Notes: generated by a model from the sequence alone, not told the origin. A stretch of DNA of 64,000 nucleotides from Verrucomicrobiota bacterium (GCA_033762115.1 JANRLX010000027.1:21129-85128); one strand, 5' to 3'; shown: positions 29,058-39,726, numbered from the stretch's first letter. Program-made: numbers and translations.

Positions 29058-30158
29058 TTAGCATTTAAGGCTTTTCACTATCCGTGCGAGTTGTCGCAAT
29101 TGACGTTCAGGGTCACACAGTTGAATTGCGCGTTGGTATCCGGCCTGACCCAGCCGCTGACGGCGAACGGAATCCTCCAATAACTCCTTGATTGCACTCC
29201 TTAACGCTGGGAGATCACCGGATGGAACCAACATGGCATTATGTTCATCCAATAATTCCAGTGCTCCGCCAATCCGTGAGGTAATGATTGGAAGAGAAGC
29301 GAGTGCTGCTTCAACAAAAACAATACTGAATCCTTCTCCGGCTATATTCGGTTGGCAAAAGAGGTCGGCAGCGGTCATCAGGGAGGCAATATCTGAACGG
29401 TGCCCCAGGAACCGGACCCGTTCCCCGAGACCGTGTTTAACGCAAAGAGCGCCAAGATACTGGAAATACTGACGCTCCTGGTCTGTGGCAGGTCCTCCCG
29501 CGATCCAGGCTACCCACGGTTTTGAACTCTTGAGATCGGCAAGGGCTTGAAGCAGTTGCTCATGACCTTTCCACGGTTCCATTCGACTGGCCTGTAGAAT
29601 CACATTGGTTTCTTCCGGGGTGGAGAGTTCCCGGCGGAGGCGGGCGCGCGTTTCTGCGCGGTTCAACGAGGGCCGCGCAACCGGGGCATAAAAGAGTTCG
29701 GTTCGAACGTCGCGGAAAATCTTCGGGACAGATGCAACTGTTTCCTGGCTGACGGCCAATACAAGATCTGGTTTGTGGCGCTGGCCAAGATGATGGATCA
29801 ACGTTTTCTTTACAAAAGGGATATGCATCCAAAAAATGAGAGGGAGCCTGCTGCGTTTGGCAATTGCTCCAAAAAGGGCGAGTGACCAAAAGGAATGAAC
29901 AATCAGCGCGTCAGGCTGAAGGGTGGAAAGCAGAGTGCGAAGTGATTGCCGGGTTCGCCATACTGAGAGAGGATTGCGCAGTTGCGCAGGCTTTAATCGA
30001 TGGACCGGAGCGCCACGGGATTGCAAGTCCCCGGCAAGTTGAGCTTCCCAGCAGAGAGCGAAGTGGTGCTCCAGTCCGTGGGAGTGGAGCGGCAATGTAA
30101 GAAGGATGCGTTCAATCCCCCCAAACAAATTCCCACTATGAAGATGCAGGATTCGCAT
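29058..30158 (-). CDS. glycosyltransferase family 4 (GT-B)
   Basis: The N-terminus is MRILHLHSGNLFGG. The C-terminal E-x7-E region is GEGFSIVFVEAALASLPIITS. Confidence 0.8.
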   Translation of the reverse strand: MRILHLHSGNLFGGIERILLTLPLHSHGLEHHFALCWEAQLAGDLQSRGAPVHRLKPAQLRNPLSVWRTRQSLRTLLSTLQPDALIVHSFWSLALFGAIAKRSRLPLIFWMHIPFVKKTLIHHLGQRHKPDLVLAVSQETVASVPKIFRDVRTELFYAPVARPSLNRAETRARLRRELSTPEETNVILQASRMEPWKGHEQLLQALADLKSSKPWVAWIAGGPATDQERQYFQYLGALCVKHGLGERVRFLGHRSDIASLMTAADLFCQPNIAGEGFSIVFVEAALASLPIITSRIGGALELLDEHNAMLVPSGDLPALRSAIKELLEDSVRRQRLGQAGYQRAIQLCDPERQLRQLARIVKSLKC

Positions 30159-30165
30159 TCAATTA

Positions 30166-31341
30166 TTAACCGGGTACCAAATCTGAAAATAGTTGTTCGA
30201 GAGCGTTGATGTGGTGCTCGAGAGTGAATTTTCGTGCTGTTTGAAAAGCCCCCGCTCTGAGTTGATGCAAATACGCACGAGAAGCGCAGCAACGTGCCAC
30301 GGCTTCTGCAAAATGGGAGGGGGAAGGCGGATTCGAAGAGGCCAAATGCCCGTTCACACCTTCATCGAGCCATTCTGAAATTCCGCCGACATCAAATGCT
30401 GCGGCCGGAACGCCGAAAGCGGCGGCTTCAAGTCCGACCAGACCGAACGGTTCCGGCCAGATGCCTGGCATTACCAGGAGATCAGTTTCGAGAAATAGTT
30501 TTTCACGTTCCAAGGGATTAACCCATCCAATGAATTGAATGGTAATCAGGGGTGAAGTGATCTGGCGCGCCTGATCCATCCATTGTTTCCGGCAGGGACC
30601 ATCGCCTGCGAAGGTCAGTAATAAAGGGCGATCCAGTTGATGTTGAATGGCGGGTAATGATTCGAGCAGCAAACCACCTCCCTTGAGATGATCCATGCGC
30701 CCAAGAAAAAGCAGGCGAACATGGTCGTTCCTTGGGAGAAAACTGGTAGATGATCGGGCCGCTTGCATCACAAAAGGTTTCAGGTGAACGATCTGTCCTC
30801 TTGGAAAGCCATGATTTAAATATTCACGGGTCAAATGCCCTGAAAAAGTAACGATTCTTGAAAAAGACCGGATGGCTTGAAGCTGGGACCAGGCATTCTG
30901 ATAATCATGAAGCATCGTCAAAGGATTCAACCCCCCGCAACGTTTCGGAAAAAAATGAGCAAGACAACCGCGACCCAAAGGGCGGGAACAGGCATGTCCC
31001 TGGGATTGCCAGGTTTTCAGGCCACTGATGCAAGTGGCCCGATAATCATGCGCGAAATAAAGCGACGGTGCGAGGGGGAACAGTCGAACGAGATACCGGG
31101 GTGAACTGACACCGTGGCAATGAACCATGGTGGGGGACCAGGAATGGGCTTTCTCCTCCCAATTCCTGTCAGTCAAAGACCAGGAATGTGAAACCAGGGA
31201 ATTCAATTCGCCCGGGCCTTCGTTCTCATGGATTAAAGCGAGTTCATGACCGCTTGCTCGCAAGGCAGGCAGCAGGTTGGAGAGATATCCTTCGATGCCA
31301 CCGAGTAGGCGCGATTCACGGTTTACGATGAGGAGGCGCAT
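30166..31341 (-). CDS. glycosyltransferase family 4 (GT-B)
   Basis: The start was moved to ATG 31341 (MRLLIVNRESRLLGG). The E-x7-E region is PEPFGLVGLEAAAFGVPAAA. It overlaps the upstream gene by 19 nt. Confidence 0.75.
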   Translation of the reverse strand: MRLLIVNRESRLLGGIEGYLSNLLPALRASGHELALIHENEGPGELNSLVSHSWSLTDRNWEEKAHSWSPTMVHCHGVSSPRYLVRLFPLAPSLYFAHDYRATCISGLKTWQSQGHACSRPLGRGCLAHFFPKRCGGLNPLTMLHDYQNAWSQLQAIRSFSRIVTFSGHLTREYLNHGFPRGQIVHLKPFVMQAARSSTSFLPRNDHVRLLFLGRMDHLKGGGLLLESLPAIQHQLDRPLLLTFAGDGPCRKQWMDQARQITSPLITIQFIGWVNPLEREKLFLETDLLVMPGIWPEPFGLVGLEAAAFGVPAAAFDVGGISEWLDEGVNGHLASSNPPSPSHFAEAVARCCASRAYLHQLRAGAFQTARKFTLEHHINALEQLFSDLVPG

Positions 31342-32444
31342 CTGGAGGGTAAAAGGGGATAGGTGGCGGCGAGCGGATGTTGGTGCACTTCGATCAATTT
31401 TTCCAAAATCGCAGCAGAGTCGCCAGTGGGAACAATCCAACCATTTATCCCGGGGCGGATTAACTCTTTCATCCCGGTGTCCCCTGAAGCGATCACAGGC
31501 ACCCCGCAGGCGAGCGCTTCGAGACCGGCATATGCAAGCCCATCATTATAACTCGGATGTACGCAGACATCGGCCTGCTGCAAACAAGGTAATGGATCGC
31601 CGGGCCGGATCTGAATTCGGGGATCGGACCGAACGGCTTGCTGCAGGAAACGATTCATCTGGCGAGTGCCTGAGCCGCCAATCAAAAGCAATTCAGCGGG
31701 GGAAGTCTGAAACGATTGGAACGCCCTGATCAAAACCTGCACCCCTTTAGTGACACTCAAGCTTCCGACGTAAACGACTCGAAATATATCCTCCTTTTCC
31801 CTGCGGTTTGGCGGCACAAAACGGCTTGCAGGCGTGAGGTCAAAACGGGTGAGCTTGCCGGGAGAAATGCCCTCCTGAACAAAGCTTTCCCTGGTGTAGT
31901 TGCTGGAATAGTAAATCCCGGAGGCAAGTTCATATTCAGCAAGAAATCGTTGATGCATTCCACGCAAGTAGCCGATCGGCTCAATCGGATGATCATGAAA
32001 TGCCTGCCGCATTTTTCGGGCAGTCAGGTTGAAGTGAGAATTGGCCGCGGCAAGAATCCTTGCAGAGGCCCGGGCGTGGCGAAAGGTTGTGAGAGCCTGC
32101 CCATTGAAGCAAATGAGCAGGTCGGTCTCGATTTGACGGGAAGCCACCGCGCGATCAAAAAGCCTGTTTTCAAAGTAGATTTGCCACTCTCGATAAAATC
32201 GCAGAGGAGACCATCGTTGCAGCAGGCGCAGACCTGCCAGGGAAATGGAATGGCCATGCGGGTCCCTGGACAGAGGACGCAGGCAGAAATATTCCGTTGA
32301 AACCTGGGGTTGATAATACTCGACAACTTCCTGCAGGTGCCGTCCCAGGCCGCCGGTCCCAAACGGGGCGCAACAGGCAATAGCCACTTTCCGCGTGGCA
32401 GCAGAAAGGGGAGGGCGATTTGTGAATGGAACAGGCTGGTTCAA
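31323..32444 (-). CDS. glycosyltransferase family 4 (GT-B)
   Basis: NDGLAYAGLEALACGVPVIASGDTG. The TTG start overlaps the GT2 stop (TTGA). Confidence 0.7.
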   Translation of the reverse strand: MNQPVPFTNRPPLSAATRKVAIACCAPFGTGGLGRHLQEVVEYYQPQVSTEYFCLRPLSRDPHGHSISLAGLRLLQRWSPLRFYREWQIYFENRLFDRAVASRQIETDLLICFNGQALTTFRHARASARILAAANSHFNLTARKMRQAFHDHPIEPIGYLRGMHQRFLAEYELASGIYYSSNYTRESFVQEGISPGKLTRFDLTPASRFVPPNRREKEDIFRVVYVGSLSVTKGVQVLIRAFQSFQTSPAELLLIGGSGTRQMNRFLQQAVRSDPRIQIRPGDPLPCLQQADVCVHPSYNDGLAYAGLEALACGVPVIASGDTGMKELIRPGINGWIVPTGDSAAILEKLIEVHQHPLAATYPLLPSRCASSS

Positions 32445-33292
32445 GGGCGGAGAAATTTGATGGCGGTGCGGAGGGCCTCGAAACGTACCTTGCGCCTGAG
32501 TGAACTGGGAGTTGTTAATTGGGCGGAAGAGCGTTGCAGGTCCCAGTAATTAATCGCCACTTGCGCTTCGTAAAGCCCCATACAAAGACTCCAGACAAGG
32601 CCATGCATTCCGTGACGCCAGGCGCCGGAAGCAAAGTAACGGCCGAGAAATTCAGAAACAGGGCGTCGCAGCAGCCAGGGCCAGATTGGTGGAGCAACGT
32701 TTTGCTTGAGACGTTCTGCGTCCAGCCGGCTGTAACGAAGCTGCTTCTCCAGGAATTTTCCCAGGTCAAGGACATAACCGGTGTGCTCTATTGCAGCTTC
32801 CGGGTCTGGCGGGAGGTGATGAATGGGACCCTTAATTTCAGGATGCTCATGGATCAAGCCGCTCCAGCTTGCCAGCCCTTTTCGCACGAGCCTGGTCTGA
32901 GGGTCAGGCCAGCAACCATGCTCCAGCCAGGTGCCGAGAAAATAATTTTTCCGCGGAACAGTAAAAGCGGCGGCCGCTTCGCTGTTTTTAATGGCATTGC
33001 GCAATCCGTTGGCCAAAGCCGGGGTGGCGCGTTCATCCGCGTCGAGGATGAAGACCCAATCGTGAGTGCATTGAGCCAGCGCGAGATTACGGACTTTTTC
33101 AACGATTGGCAGAACGGGCATTTCCAGGACACGAGCACCGAAGCGCACGGCAATTGAGCGGGTCTGGTCTGTGCTCGCCATGTCTGCCACCAGCAGCTCG
33201 TCCGCCCATTGGAGGGACTCCAGACAACCGGCCAGTTGATTTTCCTCGTTGCGAGTATGCACCAGCGCCGTGATCTGTGGCGAAATGCTCAT
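32441..33292 (-). CDS. glycosyltransferase family 2 (GT-A)
   Basis: ITALVHTRNEENQL, then the DxD motif FILDADE. 283 aa. Confidence 0.8.
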   Translation of the reverse strand: MSISPQITALVHTRNEENQLAGCLESLQWADELLVADMASTDQTRSIAVRFGARVLEMPVLPIVEKVRNLALAQCTHDWVFILDADERATPALANGLRNAIKNSEAAAAFTVPRKNYFLGTWLEHGCWPDPQTRLVRKGLASWSGLIHEHPEIKGPIHHLPPDPEAAIEHTGYVLDLGKFLEKQLRYSRLDAERLKQNVAPPIWPWLLRRPVSEFLGRYFASGAWRHGMHGLVWSLCMGLYEAQVAINYWDLQRSSAQLTTPSSLRRKVRFEALRTAIKFLRP

Positions 33293-33448
33293 ACCTCGAT
33301 TAATCGCTGTTCAATGAGGCAAGTAAAGATCGCAAGTGGATTTGACGTTCGATTAAATCATCATTCCAGGGGATTGATTCGGCTGGTCAAAAAAGCTGGT
33401 TCCGGTTAACAAAGCGGCGTCTGTCGAAGCTTTGACAGAGGATCATCC

Positions 33449-34333
33449 ATGAGCGCACAAACCTTTGCCGAATTTTATAGAGCGAAAAAGCCCGTCATTT
33501 CTTTCGAGGTGTTTCCTCCAAAAACAGATGCCGCTTACGATAATCTCCGGCAAATCCTGCCTGAATTAGTGGCGCTGAAACCGGACTTCATGACAGTGAC
33601 ATATGGGGCCTTTGGGTCCACCCAGGAACGGACGCTGGAAATTGCCCGGTTGATCCAGGACAAGTATGGCTTGCCCACAGCCTGCCACCTCACATGTGTC
33701 GGGTCATCACGGAGCGACCTGGACAAAATTCTTTCTGATTTTGAAAAAGCCGGGATCAAAAACATCGTGGCTTTGAGAGGGGACCCTCCTCAGGGGCAAA
33801 CCGCTTTTGTGCCACCGGCTGATGGTTACTCCCATGCAGACCAGCTCGTTCGCCACATTCGTGATCGTGAAAGCAGCGGCGGGACTCGGTTTGGCATCGT
33901 GGTGGCCGGATACCCGGAAAAGCATGTGGAAGCTCCGGACCTTCAAACCGACATGTTGAATTTGAAGCGAAAGGTCGAGGCTGGCGCTGACGGGGTGGTA
34001 ACCCAGCTTTTTTACGAGAATGACTTCTTCTTCAGATTTCAGGATTCCATGCAAAAGCTGGGAGTGCATGTGCCAATCATCCCGGGCCTGTTACCAGTCC
34101 TCTCGGCCAAACAAATCATGCGCATCACATCCCTTTGCGGTTCCTGTCTGCCCAAGGGATTGATGGCTGAATTGGAATTGGCTGGAGATGATGCTGACAA
34201 AGCGGAAGCCATCGGGGTCAAGCAATGCGTAGCGCAGGCGAAAGAACTGATTGCGCGCGGGGTTCCCGGAATTCATTTTTATGTGCTGAACAAGTCCTCG
34301 CACATGAAGCAGATCATGGCATCCTTGCGCTGA
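33449..34333 (+). CDS. metF: methylenetetrahydrofolate reductase
   Basis: ISFEVFPPKT, LTCVG and ALRGDPP. The 294-aa length and the motifs are typical of MetF. Confidence 0.9.
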   Translation: MSAQTFAEFYRAKKPVISFEVFPPKTDAAYDNLRQILPELVALKPDFMTVTYGAFGSTQERTLEIARLIQDKYGLPTACHLTCVGSSRSDLDKILSDFEKAGIKNIVALRGDPPQGQTAFVPPADGYSHADQLVRHIRDRESSGGTRFGIVVAGYPEKHVEAPDLQTDMLNLKRKVEAGADGVVTQLFYENDFFFRFQDSMQKLGVHVPIIPGLLPVLSAKQIMRITSLCGSCLPKGLMAELELAGDDADKAEAIGVKQCVAQAKELIARGVPGIHFYVLNKSSHMKQIMASLR

Positions 34334-34336
34334 TCC

Positions 34337-35317
34337 TCAGGCCGGGTTCTCCCATCGAAGTGGTTCAAATATCAATTCCGCACGCCCGTTCTGGTGTAGC
34401 AGCACACGGTAAAATCCCCCGTCCTTGAGCAATTGCGACCCCGCCAGGGAAGGGCAAAGGACCACCTTGAACGGTTTCCAGCCCCTTGCCCGGTTTAATG
34501 CAGAACTCATCCTTCGCACGGCATTCCCCAAAAATGTCAGCGTCGGCATTCCTGCCAGAACCCGGCTCAAGCGGAAAACAAGCGGTGTGTGAAGATGGCC
34601 AATTACAGTGCGTTCGATTTGTGAGAAGCGTTCACTGACCTGGGGAATTTGCGCGAGGAACGGCAGGGCGCTGGGATCATGGCAAAAAAGCAGAATGCGA
34701 TGGCCGGGAGGAATGTCTTCAAACAATGCGGCCACTTTTCTGATATGTTCGTTTCTTGATTCTTTCCAGGCATCACGCTCATTTGGCAGCGTTTCCGGTT
34801 CAAATACAGGCAACGCGAGCAAACTTGAAGTAACTCCGATCAATGTATGAAATTCGAGCTTTACCGACCATGTGGGTTGAAGCCCAAGCTCATGGGTCGC
34901 TCGTTGCAAACTCCCAATTCGAAACCCTCCGCTCCTCCCTGCCAGGCTCTGCTTGCCGATTTCATGATCTCCGATGGTCAATCGCAGGCGTGCGCCAAAT
35001 TTTTCGCGAAGTTTGCCAATACAAAGCGAGGCGCTTTGAAACGAAGGATCATCCATCACACCGATAAACGCTGAATCGCATGAGTAATCGCCATTGGCGA
35101 TGACAATATCCGGCGCTCCAGCGCGCTCCAGCAACTGGTCCAGCAGGTGATTATGTCCGAATGGATCGCGCAACCAGACCACTCTCCGGAAAAAACGAAT
35201 GAACATGCGGGACATTGGATTGTGAACCTGCTGAAGTTCAAAATCCACTCGCTCCTTTTCAGCCGGCCCCGCAAAATGAATATCGCTGAGGACCAGCAGC
35301 TGTTTCGTTTCCGCCAT
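34337..35317 (-). CDS. metallophosphoesterase
   Basis: The start was moved to ATG 35317 (MAETKQLLVLSDIHF). The calcineurin-like metal ligand set is SDIHF, ANGDY and VIGHLHTP. Confidence 0.75.
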   Translation of the reverse strand: MAETKQLLVLSDIHFAGPAEKERVDFELQQVHNPMSRMFIRFFRRVVWLRDPFGHNHLLDQLLERAGAPDIVIANGDYSCDSAFIGVMDDPSFQSASLCIGKLREKFGARLRLTIGDHEIGKQSLAGRSGGFRIGSLQRATHELGLQPTWSVKLEFHTLIGVTSSLLALPVFEPETLPNERDAWKESRNEHIRKVAALFEDIPPGHRILLFCHDPSALPFLAQIPQVSERFSQIERTVIGHLHTPLVFRLSRVLAGMPTLTFLGNAVRRMSSALNRARGWKPFKVVLCPSLAGSQLLKDGGFYRVLLHQNGRAELIFEPLRWENPA

Positions 35318-35398
35318 TCGCGAACTTGAATAGCATAGAGTCGAACTTGAGGCGAATCTCCCTTGGACGGCTTCACAGCTGATGTAGAATGGGGAGGG

Positions 35399-36628
35399 AT
35401 GGTAGCAGAAGAGAGAACGCGGATCACCTACCGCAATGAACGTTGGCGGGCGGTTTCCGCGGGGGTGCTGGAGAGTGCCGGGACCGCATTTCTTCTTTTG
35501 ATCGCCGTAAAATGGTTTCATGCCGGGGCCATCGCCAAAGCCCTCGTTGCAGGAGGCGGCAGCTTCGGACTGATGCTTTCTCCCGTGATGGTGGGAGTTG
35601 TCAGCAGACTGGGCTGGCCCACTTCACGCGCTGCGGGGCGGCTGGCATTCATTGGCTGCGGCTTGTTTTTTTTGATGGCCATCTTCCCATTTATCGGGGT
35701 GTTTGTCGTGGGGAGTGTGCTTGCGATGACCATGTCCACAGCGGCAATCCCGTTGCTCACACATCTTTACCATGAAAATTATCCGGAGAGCCTTCGCGGG
35801 CGGCTTTTCTCCCGGACAGTGATGATCCGCATCGCCTCGGCAGCAATTTTCAGTTATGCGGCGGGAGCTTTCCTGGATGTGGATATCGGAAGATTCCGAT
35901 GGTTGCTCGTTGCTTTTGCCATGGCTTTTGCGCTGGCGGGCTGGAAACTGATACACTCTCCCTCTTCTCCCCTGCACGAACTGGAAGGCACGCATCCGTT
36001 TCGGTCTTTGAGATTTGCCAGGAGCGATCCGATGTTCCGTCGAACCTTGATTTCATGGATGTTGCTCGGTTTCGGCAATCTGATGATGGTCCCGATCCGG
36101 GTGGAATATCTTGCGAACCCCGGACACGGGCTCGGATTATCCGTGGAAAAAGTGGCATTGATCGTCGGCGTGGTTCCCAATCTCGCCCGGTTTGTGATGA
36201 GCCCGGTGTGGGGATGGTTTTTCGATCACCTGAATTTTTTTCTGCTGCGAGTTGTGCTGAATATCGGATTCGCTGTTGGCATCCTCTCCTTTTTCACCAG
36301 CGATAGTTACACCGGATTGATCATTGGGGCGGTGGTGTACGGTATCTCGATGGCCGGAGGCGACATCGCCTGGAGTTTATGGGTCACAAAGTTTGCGCCG
36401 CCGCAACGAGTCGCTGATTACATGAGTGTGCATACTTTCTTCACCGGCCTGCGCGGCATCGCGGCACCCATTGCAGCCTTTTATTTTTTGGGACTTTTTC
36501 CAGTGGTGTATCTGGGGTATTTCAGTGCCGCACTGATTGTGGTTGCCAGCCTGCTGCTGCTGCCGGAGATAAGAATCAATCGATTCGGCCGAAAATCCGG
36601 CGCTCTTACCGAGGAAGTGAGCGATTGA
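35399..36628 (+). CDS. MFS transporter
   Basis: GGGGAGGG SD lies directly before ATG 35399. About 12 hydrophobic spans are arranged in two halves. Confidence 0.7.
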   Translation: MVAEERTRITYRNERWRAVSAGVLESAGTAFLLLIAVKWFHAGAIAKALVAGGGSFGLMLSPVMVGVVSRLGWPTSRAAGRLAFIGCGLFFLMAIFPFIGVFVVGSVLAMTMSTAAIPLLTHLYHENYPESLRGRLFSRTVMIRIASAAIFSYAAGAFLDVDIGRFRWLLVAFAMAFALAGWKLIHSPSSPLHELEGTHPFRSLRFARSDPMFRRTLISWMLLGFGNLMMVPIRVEYLANPGHGLGLSVEKVALIVGVVPNLARFVMSPVWGWFFDHLNFFLLRVVLNIGFAVGILSFFTSDSYTGLIIGAVVYGISMAGGDIAWSLWVTKFAPPQRVADYMSVHTFFTGLRGIAAPIAAFYFLGLFPVVYLGYFSAALIVVASLLLLPEIRINRFGRKSGALTEEVSD

Positions 36629-37645
36629 TCAACGCTGATGGGCTGCCCTGGTGAGACGATCCCGAACTCCTTCCCACTCGGGAGTTGCTGGCAGATCCTC
36701 AACAATGATCAATTTCGCGCCCGTTTCATCGCAGCGATGCAGCTCTGAATAAAGCGCCCGGGCATAGGCTTCAGCATCCGCTGGAATAAGCGCAATGCGA
36801 CCAAGTGAATTGCTGTGGGGGACCTTCTCATGACAAACCAGGTGGATGAGCCTGGGATTTACCCCGCTTTCATCGATGATCCTGGTTAACTCCGTTTCAT
36901 TTTTCCATGTGCGCAAAACCAAGCAGGCTTGAGGGGAATAATGGCGTGCGAGTTGCCCAGGACTTTTTGCCGGGCCATTCGAAATTTTTTTCGAGTCGCG
37001 CTGCTCTTTTCCCAGGGTCTTTTCAATAGCTTTGCTTGTGATCGAACCGGGTCGCAGAAGATGGAACCCTGAGGCCGTCACTTCAATTACCGTGGATTCA
37101 ATTCCCACCGCTGAGGGACCTGCATCAATCACGAGCGGAATTCGTTCACCAAGGCTTTTGATCACATGTTCAGCCTGGGTGGGTGAAAGCTCGTTGGAAC
37201 TGTTGGCGCTGGGCGCGGCCAGTGGAAAACCGCACTCCTGGATCAGCGCCTGCATGAACGGATGAGAGGGCCAGCGAATGCCCACAGTGTTCCCTCCGGC
37301 GGTAACAGCATCCGGAATTCTGGAAGATTTGGGCAGGACAATCGTTAAGGGGCCGGGCCAAAATTGACGCGCCAAAAGTTCCGCATCCTCCGGCCAGTTG
37401 CTGACACATTGCAGCGCCATTTCGCGAGAAGCAACGTGGACAATCAACGGATTGCTTGCAGGCCTTTCCTTGGCCGCAAAAATTCGCAGGACGGCCTCCT
37501 CGTCCCAGGCATTTGCCGCCAGCCCGTAAACAGTTTCCGTCGGTACGGCCACCAGTTCTCCGCGACGCAGCAGTTCGGCGGCTTTGAAGACGGCATGACG
37601 CAGGTCGTCAGGAAATTCGATTCGAAAAATTTCCGCCACAATCAA
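36629..37645 (-). CDS. tsaC: L-threonylcarbamoyladenylate synthase (Sua5/YwlC type: YrdC domain + Sua5 C-terminal domain)
   Basis: GELVAVPTETVYGLAANA...RIFAAKERPASNPLIVHV. The 338-aa length indicates the Sua5-type extension. Confidence 0.85.
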   Translation of the reverse strand: MIVAEIFRIEFPDDLRHAVFKAAELLRRGELVAVPTETVYGLAANAWDEEAVLRIFAAKERPASNPLIVHVASREMALQCVSNWPEDAELLARQFWPGPLTIVLPKSSRIPDAVTAGGNTVGIRWPSHPFMQALIQECGFPLAAPSANSSNELSPTQAEHVIKSLGERIPLVIDAGPSAVGIESTVIEVTASGFHLLRPGSITSKAIEKTLGKEQRDSKKISNGPAKSPGQLARHYSPQACLVLRTWKNETELTRIIDESGVNPRLIHLVCHEKVPHSNSLGRIALIPADAEAYARALYSELHRCDETGAKLIIVEDLPATPEWEGVRDRLTRAAHQR

Positions 37646-37662
37646 TTCTCTGCGATCGCTTC

Positions 37663-39726
37663 CTACCAGATTTTGACCCGATCTTCCGGTTTTTTATACA
37701 TCTTCTCGCCCGGTTTGATATCAAAAGCATCGTAGAATTCCTGCAAATTGACATGGGGTCCCACGGCGCGAAATTGTCCCGGCGAATGAGGTCCCACGGT
37801 TATTTGACGCTGTAATGCCGCATCCCGCCAATTGATCCGCCATACCTGGGACATGGAAAGAAAAAAGCGTTGCTCAGGCGTAAAACCATCGATCATCTTC
37901 CGTTTGGAAGGATCCTTCGCCAGGGCACGTTGCAACGCTTCATAGGCGATGCTTGCGCCCCCGAGATCGGCAATATTTTCACCGAGGGAAAGACGGCCAT
38001 TCACTTTCAACCCTGGCAAGGCTTCATACTGGTTATACTGCTCAACCAGTTTTTCCGCGCGCGCTTCAAACGCTTTGCTGTCCTCAGCGGTCCACCAGTC
38101 ATTAAGGTTGCCGTCAATATCGTATTTGCGTCCCTGATCATCATAACCGTGGGTAATTTCATGGCCGATCACATAACCGATGGCGCCATAGTTTACCGCG
38201 TCATCCGCTTCAAGATCAAAGAACGGTGGCTGGAGAATTCCGGCAGGGAAGGCAATTTCGTTTTGCGTCCCGCTGAAGTAGGCATTCACCGTTTGAGGGG
38301 TCATGCTCCATTCATTTTTGTCCACTGGTTTGCCGATCCGGTCAAACCGGCGTTTCGTATCAAATGCCTCGGCCCGCTGCACGTTCCCGAGATAATCATC
38401 CGGTTTGATCTCCACTGAGGAATAATCACGGAACTTATCTGGATGCCCTATTTTTCTTTTGAAACGCGCAAATTTGGCCAGAGCCTTTTCACGTGTCGGT
38501 GGGGTCATCCATTCCAGTTTGCCGAGTCGGTCCCGAAATACAGCCTCAAGATTGTCAATCAGTTCATTCATGCGCTTCCGGGCGGCTGGCGTGAAATGCT
38601 TCTGCACATACACCTCTCCCACTGCTTCTCCAATGCCGTCGTCAATCACTCGGGCGGCCCGTTTCCATCGCGGTTCCTGCTCAGGAATCCCGTTGATTAC
38701 AGCACCGTAAAAAGCAAACGACTCCGCGCTCGCTGCCTCATGCAAATAAGGGGCCGCACTGGAAATGATATGCCATGACACATAGGTCTTTAAATCTTCC
38801 ATCGGCGTTTCCTTCAGCAAAGTTTCCAGTGTGCCAAAGAATGCTGGCTGACCGACAATCATTTCCGGCAGATCTGTGAGGTGGGCTGCAGCAAGGTAAC
38901 TGCTTAATGGCAGACCGGGATATTTTTTGAGCAAATCCGATCGGGTGAACTTGTGATAATTGGCCAGGGCATCTCGAAGATCGACCTTTGATTTGCTTCC
39001 CTGTGCCAGTGCGGTCTCCAGACTTATAATGCGATCCGCTTTCGCGATCGCCTTCTCTTCCGAGTCCCCGAGCAGCCGGAACATCTTTGTAATATGTTTC
39101 TGGTAGGCTTCTCGGATTTTGGCGAATCCTTCGCTCAGATAATACTCACGATCAGGCATTCCAAGCCCTCCCTGGCTTAAATAAAAACCATAAACAGAGC
39201 TTTTTTTCTGGTCCGGGTAGGCGGCAGCCCCAAAAAATGAACTGACTCCCCGCCGATGCAGATCGGCCATCAATTCGAACAACTCATCCACCGACTTGCA
39301 TGCCATGACTTTTTTCAAATCCGGCTGGACGGGGGAGAATTGCAGTTGCTCCAGCCGATTCGTATCGAGAGCTGACCGAAAAAAATTTCCAACCTGTTGC
39401 TCCGGACCCTTTTCGGTGGCCTGAACAGATTCTTCCAGGATCCGCTTGATCAAATATTGGTTTCGCTCCCGTAACTGGGCAAACGCCCCCCAGGAAGGCT
39501 TGTCTGATGGAACAGGATTTTTCTTTGCCCAGGTTCCTGAAGCATATTGATAAAAATCGGTTCCCGGAGCCACTGACCGATCCATGTGCTCGACAGAAAA
39601 GCGGGGGATTTCAGGCTCAACATCAGCGGCGCTGCCCAAAGTTGTGGTCACTGCCAGCATGGCTGCTGAAAACCATTGGGTAGCAATTGATTGAAGCAGG
39701 GAAGGCTTAAAGCTGGTCATTCGCAT
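37663..39726 (-). CDS. secreted M13-family zinc metallopeptidase (PepO/endothelin-converting-enzyme-like)
   Basis: Signal peptide present. The zinc motif is VIGHEITHGYD, the downstream motif is GENIADLGG, and the C-terminus ends in W. Confidence 0.9.
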   Translation of the reverse strand: MRMTSFKPSLLQSIATQWFSAAMLAVTTTLGSAADVEPEIPRFSVEHMDRSVAPGTDFYQYASGTWAKKNPVPSDKPSWGAFAQLRERNQYLIKRILEESVQATEKGPEQQVGNFFRSALDTNRLEQLQFSPVQPDLKKVMACKSVDELFELMADLHRRGVSSFFGAAAYPDQKKSSVYGFYLSQGGLGMPDREYYLSEGFAKIREAYQKHITKMFRLLGDSEEKAIAKADRIISLETALAQGSKSKVDLRDALANYHKFTRSDLLKKYPGLPLSSYLAAAHLTDLPEMIVGQPAFFGTLETLLKETPMEDLKTYVSWHIISSAAPYLHEAASAESFAFYGAVINGIPEQEPRWKRAARVIDDGIGEAVGEVYVQKHFTPAARKRMNELIDNLEAVFRDRLGKLEWMTPPTREKALAKFARFKRKIGHPDKFRDYSSVEIKPDDYLGNVQRAEAFDTKRRFDRIGKPVDKNEWSMTPQTVNAYFSGTQNEIAFPAGILQPPFFDLEADDAVNYGAIGYVIGHEITHGYDDQGRKYDIDGNLNDWWTAEDSKAFEARAEKLVEQYNQYEALPGLKVNGRLSLGENIADLGGASIAYEALQRALAKDPSKRKMIDGFTPEQRFFLSMSQVWRINWRDAALQRQITVGPHSPGQFRAVGPHVNLQEFYDAFDIKPGEKMYKKPEDRVKIW

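Noticed and set aside
33293-33448. Possible SAM-type riboswitch upstream of metF
   Set aside because: I looked for SAM-I, SAM-II and SAM-V-like elements. The only thing resembling one is GCTGG...AAAAAAGCTGG. I could not build the required pseudoknot or helices from the sequence. A covariance-model search (Infernal/Rfam) would decide.
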